A DNA stretch of 64,000 nucleotides, from positions 389,062 through 453,061 of the forward strand of contig CP066698.1 of assembly GCA_016432645.1 (NCBI GenBank), given 5' to 3'. Each line of letters opens with the position of its first letter. Position 1 is the first letter of the stretch. Source of the DNA: Candidatus Falkowbacteria bacterium (GTDB lineage Bacteria; Patescibacteriota; Patescibacteriia; Patescibacteriales; UBA12465). The translations under genes were made by a program, and so were the position numbers. Below, one piece after another: positions 60,779 through 64,000 of the stretch. The notes under the pieces were generated by a model that was not told the DNA's origin, made no database searches, and saw only the letters and a list, made by a program, of their open reading frames with translations.

Positions 60779-61534
60779 TTAACGCAAAGTCCAGCCGCCG
60801 TCAACGACAATCGTCTGGCCAGTAATATAACTCGCGCCTTCAGAAGCCAAAAAGGCTACCGCGTTAGCAATATCTTCCGGCTGACCGTAGCGAGAGAGTG
60901 GAATCATCGCTACCGTCTGTTTTCGAAGCTCTTCAGTGGCCGTCCGCGGTTGATCAGGCTGGCTGGCTCCCGGAGTATCGATTGCACCTGGGGCAACATT
61001 ATTAACCGTAATTTTCCTGGGCGCAACCTCTAAGGCTAGAGCTCTAGCAAAAGCGTTAAGCGCTCCTTTGGAAGCGCAATAATGGGTTAAGCCGGCGAAA
61101 CCGACAACGGAGGCAATGGAAGAAATATTAATTATCCGTCCGCCCTCAGGCATAACTTTCAACGCTTCCTGACAAGTGAAAAAAATACTTTTTAAATTAA
61201 CATCAATTACCTTGTCCCAATCACTTTCAGTCATCTTATCAAAAGCAATAAACGGAAAGATACCGGCATTGTTCACCAAAATATCCAAAGAACCGAACTC
61301 TGATTTAACGGCGGCAATCATCGCTTCAACCTCCGCTTTATTACTAACATCACACTTAAGAGCCAGGGCTTGGCTTCCCAGCTGTTTAATCTCATCCGCA
61401 ACCTGTTGGCAAGCTGATTGGTCAAGATCGGCTACAACTATTTTAGCTCCGGCCTTAGCCAGCACTAAGGCAATCCCGCGACCGATTCCCTGCTTAGCAC
61501 CGGTAACAACTGCGACTTTATTTTGTAAATCCAT
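60779..61534 (-). CDS. Classical SDR oxidoreductase (FabG-like)
   Basis: TGAKQGIG, NNAG, YCASK, VAPG, ITGQTIVVDGG. Confidence 0.92.
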   Translation of the reverse strand: MDLQNKVAVVTGAKQGIGRGIALVLAKAGAKIVVADLDQSACQQVADEIKQLGSQALALKCDVSNKAEVEAMIAAVKSEFGSLDILVNNAGIFPFIAFDKMTESDWDKVIDVNLKSIFFTCQEALKVMPEGGRIINISSIASVVGFAGLTHYCASKGALNAFARALALEVAPRKITVNNVAPGAIDTPGASQPDQPRTATEELRKQTVAMIPLSRYGQPEDIANAVAFLASEGASYITGQTIVVDGGWTLR

Positions 61535-61650
61535 ATGATTTTAAAGTTAAATTATGTTTATAATAACTACTTTTTTATATTAGTATTTTAGCAAAATAAT
61601 GGGAAAAAGTATAAAAAAGAAGCTGGCTTGCCAGCCGGCTTCATTCTCAT

Positions 61651-61677
61651 TGGCGGAGAGATGGGCGTAGTTAGAAT
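61651..61677 (-). repeat. tRNA-Ser 3'-end/att-like site D
   Basis: Minus strand ATTCTAACTACGCCCATCTCTCCGCCA followed by a terminator hairpin (~61614-61641). Confidence 0.6.
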
Positions 61678-61708
61678 GGTTTTAGATAAATAAAAAAATC
61701 TAAATCTA

Positions 61709-62296
61709 CTACTCATTTCCTACAAATTTTTTGAAGTTTTCCATATCCTGTTCAGATCCTAATACGTTGATTTGTTCCGGCTCATAAACACTATACTCAT
61801 CATCATTTGTCCCTTCAAAAGCATATACTCCATCATATCCATATTTATTTGCATAAACATAAATATTGGCTGGTAGATAAAAATTTTTACTTTTTCCTTC
61901 GGTGTACTCAGGGTGTTCTTTATTTACATAGTTAATAAATTCGTCATTATATGGTTCGGCTAAATTATTTATATTTAAAACAGCTTGCATTACATATTGA
62001 CCGTACCTTCCCGTATTAATGGGGCTAAAATAAAATCTATATCCATTTATTTCCTTTGTTTTAGATTTATCAAAAACATCAAATTTTTCAACAGTTCTAT
62101 GATAGACGATATCCTTTATCTTGCTTTCAGGAAAAACCGTATCTAAATATTTTGAATATTGCTCCTTTGTTCCAATATCAGCTAACTCTGGGATTTGCTC
62201 AAAAGCAAAATCAACTCCTTCTTTAATTTGAGGCTTTTCAATTTTATTTTCTTTTAAATCAGTATTCTGCGGAAAACTAAAGGGGAATTTTTCCAT
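61709..62296 (-). CDS. ADP-ribosyltransferase-like protein (ART-PolyVal-like)
   Basis: VYHRT..KFDVFD, FYFS, YG.YV..AVLNI, GYDGV, DEYSVYEPEQI motif order. Confidence 0.6.
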   Translation of the reverse strand: MEKFPFSFPQNTDLKENKIEKPQIKEGVDFAFEQIPELADIGTKEQYSKYLDTVFPESKIKDIVYHRTVEKFDVFDKSKTKEINGYRFYFSPINTGRYGQYVMQAVLNINNLAEPYNDEFINYVNKEHPEYTEGKSKNFYLPANIYVYANKYGYDGVYAFEGTNDDEYSVYEPEQINVLGSEQDMENFKKFVGNE

Positions 62297-62323
62297 ATTT
62301 TAACTAAAATCCAGCCATCATCA

Positions 62324-62668
62324 TTATAACATTATAATTGCAACGGAAGCGGCAACAAAAAAATAAATTTGATAAATCAAATATGGAACCAAATAATATA
62401 AGATTATGGCTTCAACCAATGATATTATTATTTTATTTATTGCCCGATTAAGGATCGTTTTTGTCTTGTTTTCTTTAAATAATCTAAATGTAAAATAACA
62501 AGACAATATAAATACTACAAAATGCAAATACACGTAACCATTAAAGTGGAGTCCCTTGAATAATGTGTAGTTCAGTCTTAATAATACAATAAATACCGCC
62601 GTACTAATAAATAGGTTGAGGATATCAAATTTGTGGTTCTTAACGGCGCGAATAATTTTATTTTCCAT
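62324..62668 (-). CDS. Small 3-TM hypothetical protein
   Basis: Low-GC ORF with three hydrophobic segments. Confidence 0.6.
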   Translation of the reverse strand: MENKIIRAVKNHKFDILNLFISTAVFIVLLRLNYTLFKGLHFNGYVYLHFVVFILSCYFTFRLFKENKTKTILNRAINKIIISLVEAIILYYLVPYLIYQIYFFVAASVAIIML

Positions 62669-62798
62669 AAATCAATTTGCTTAATGCTATCAATGGCTAT
62701 TTATATTATATCATGTTAGCTAAAAGATGATAGGTTTACTTGTTAGGGAGCTCTACAAACAAAGAAAAAAGAAGGAATTTTATTCCTTCTTTTTTTCT

Positions 62799-62827
62799 TG
62801 GCGGAGAGGGTGGGACGATGTTGGAAC
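62799..62827 (-). repeat. tRNA-Ser 3'-end/att-like site C
   Basis: Minus strand GTTCCAACATCGTCCCACCCTCTCCGCCA followed by hairpin 62762-62799. Confidence 0.7.
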
Positions 62828-62889
62828 TGTTTTGACAAATAAAAAAGGAAGTCTTATATTTTAGACTTCCCTGATAAGGACGATAAATG

Positions 62890-63138
62890 CTATCGAAAAT
62901 TTCGTACGGCCACGATACGCTGAAACCATTTTGTTACTAATACAGCAACAATATGTCCAATTAATGAAAATATAATGGCCAAATACCAATAAGCTGGGAG
63001 TATAACCCACGTTAGAGCAAGGGATCCACCAATAGCGCCACCAGGCAAACGATTTGCTTTCTTTTTCCCAAGAATTGCGGCGGTTCCAGCATAAACTGCC
63101 ATACCAATCAAAAACGAAAAAATAGATATTTTTAACAT
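62890..63138 (-). CDS. Small 3-TM hypothetical protein
   Basis: 82-aa hydrophobic ORF with promoter at 63258-63286 and hairpin at 62847-62870. Confidence 0.6.
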   Translation of the reverse strand: MLKISIFSFLIGMAVYAGTAAILGKKKANRLPGGAIGGSLALTWVILPAYWYLAIIFSLIGHIVAVLVTKWFQRIVAVRNFR

Positions 63139-63257
63139 GATTGCGATTTTATAAAGTTACTACTAATTTGATTAATTACTAAACTTACCTAATCTTTAGA
63201 TAATCTCAGTAATTAACCAAATCTAACCCAATTTTTTAAAGTTCTACATAACAAAAA

Positions 63258-63286
63258 AGTATATCATATTAATATACTTTTGTCAA
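63258..63286 (-). promoter_or_regulatory. sigma70 promoter embedded in the hairpin after tRNA-Ser remnant B
   Basis: TTGACA(63286-63281)-17 nt-TATACT(63263-63258). Confidence 0.65.
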
Positions 63287-63288
63287 TC

Positions 63289-63454
63289 TGCGGAGAGAGA
63301 GGGATTTATCGCGCTCGCTTTTCTTCCGAAAAGCTCACTTGTCCAGAGGCAGCGCTAAAGCATCCCCCGGATGCTTTAGCGACGCTCGTCTACACACTCG
63401 CCGCTCAGAAAAGTGGCTCGTGTTTGCCTCGCTTCTGCCTAGTTCGAATCCCTC
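63289..63454 (-). mobile_element. tRNA-3'-associated structured mini-element, copy 2, ending in tRNA-Ser 3'-end site B
   Basis: Minus strand begins GAGGGATTCGAAC (inverted T-arm) and ends GAGCGCGATAAATCCCTCTCTCTCCGCA; shares motifs and covarying stems with 32384-32547. Confidence 0.7.
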
Positions 63455-63506
63455 CCATTTTCCAAATACAAAAATAAAACAACCAATTTGGTTGTTTTAT
63501 TTTGTG

Positions 63507-63534
63507 TGCGGGGAGAGTGGGATGCAGTTGGAAC
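63507..63534 (-). repeat. tRNA-Ser 3'-end/att-like site A
   Basis: Minus strand GTTCCAACTGCATCCCACTCTCCCCGCA; aligns without gaps to site C; followed by hairpin 63471-63503. Confidence 0.7.
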
Positions 63535-63555
63535 AGTAATTTCTAATATTCTTAA

Positions 63556-64000
63556 TTATTCTAACAATTTATTATCTTTCTTTAAATAAATTCTATTATA
63601 TACAAACATTGCTACCATTATGGCCGTCAGTCCGCCAATTAATTTACCTCCAATTACTGGTAATATCATATTGGTATTAACGCTAGCTGTAAAACCTAAG
63701 TGATCACCTAGAACAAAAGCTGCTGAAACCGCAAAAGCTACATTAATCACTTTGCCGCGATTATCCATTTCTTTAAACATGCTAAACATCGGAATATTAT
63801 TAGCTAAAGATGTAATGAGCCCAGCAGCAGATTTATCATTTATATTTAATTTTTTTCCACCAGCTACTAAATATTTTTTAAATATGGTTGTAATGGCGTA
63901 AACCATTGGATAAGCCCCAACTAAAATAATAGTAATTGAGCCAATAATTTTTAGACTTTCTGATATTGGCGCCATACCAGGAATAATTACAAAACTAGTC
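63556..64000 (-). CDS. eutH: Ethanolamine transporter EutH family (C-terminal part; gene starts beyond the right edge)
   Basis: IIPGMAPI, GAYPMV, LANNIPMF, RGKVINVAFAVSAAFVLGDHLGFTA, GKLIGG; frame open to the window edge. Confidence 0.88.
   Translation of the reverse strand, partial: TSFVIIPGMAPISESLKIIGSITIILVGAYPMVYAITTIFKKYLVAGGKKLNINDKSAAGLITSLANNIPMFSMFKEMDNRGKVINVAFAVSAAFVLGDHLGFTASVNTNMILPVIGGKLIGGLTAIMVAMFVYNRIYLKKDNKLLE

Noticed and set aside
63289..63454. Possible intron-containing or split tRNA-Ser
   Set aside because: The T-arm copy (GTTCGAATCCCTC) is on the opposite strand to the acceptor 3' end, and no D-arm or anticodon arm is present; it matches the element after tRNA-Glu instead

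Overview
The window looks like chromosome from a Patescibacteria/CPR bacterium, probably Parcubacteria (Falkowbacteria-like). This is inferred from SD-poor AT-rich leaders, a membrane-anchored Clp paralogue, cohesin proteins and CPR-type surface repeats. The core genes are tpiA, a sugar epimerase, gyrB, pgk-eno-gpmI, clpB with a CIRCE operator, def, fmt, an L,D-transpeptidase, an ECF sigma/anti-sigma pair and tRNA-Thr(GGT), -Glu(CTC) and -Lys(TTT). Five things stand out. (1) Downstream of tRNA-Thr lies a four-gene module with two secreted pilin-like proteins (shared C-terminal AGxYT strand), a PapD/DUF916-like chaperone and a lipoprotein secretin. It resembles a chaperone-pilin system with a secretin in place of an usher, in a lineage thought to lack an outer membrane. 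(2) Two diverged copies of a ~155-bp structured non-coding element sit at different tRNA 3' ends (Glu and Ser-like). They share motifs and covarying stems, and each has termini tailored to its own tRNA's T-arm. (3) Four tRNA-Ser 3'-end/att-like sites separate small cargo cassettes (eutH, membrane proteins, an ADP-ribosyltransferase-like gene), like an integron array. (4) A 6437-aa adhesin (GLUG/Gly-rich repeats, 27 FN3 domains, C-terminal dockerin) is followed by two membrane-anchored cohesin proteins. (5) The pgk-eno-gpmI cluster has intact ORFs but has lost catalytic residues. There is also a MraY/WecA-QueH fusion. All calls are by-eye motif recognition; no database searches were run.
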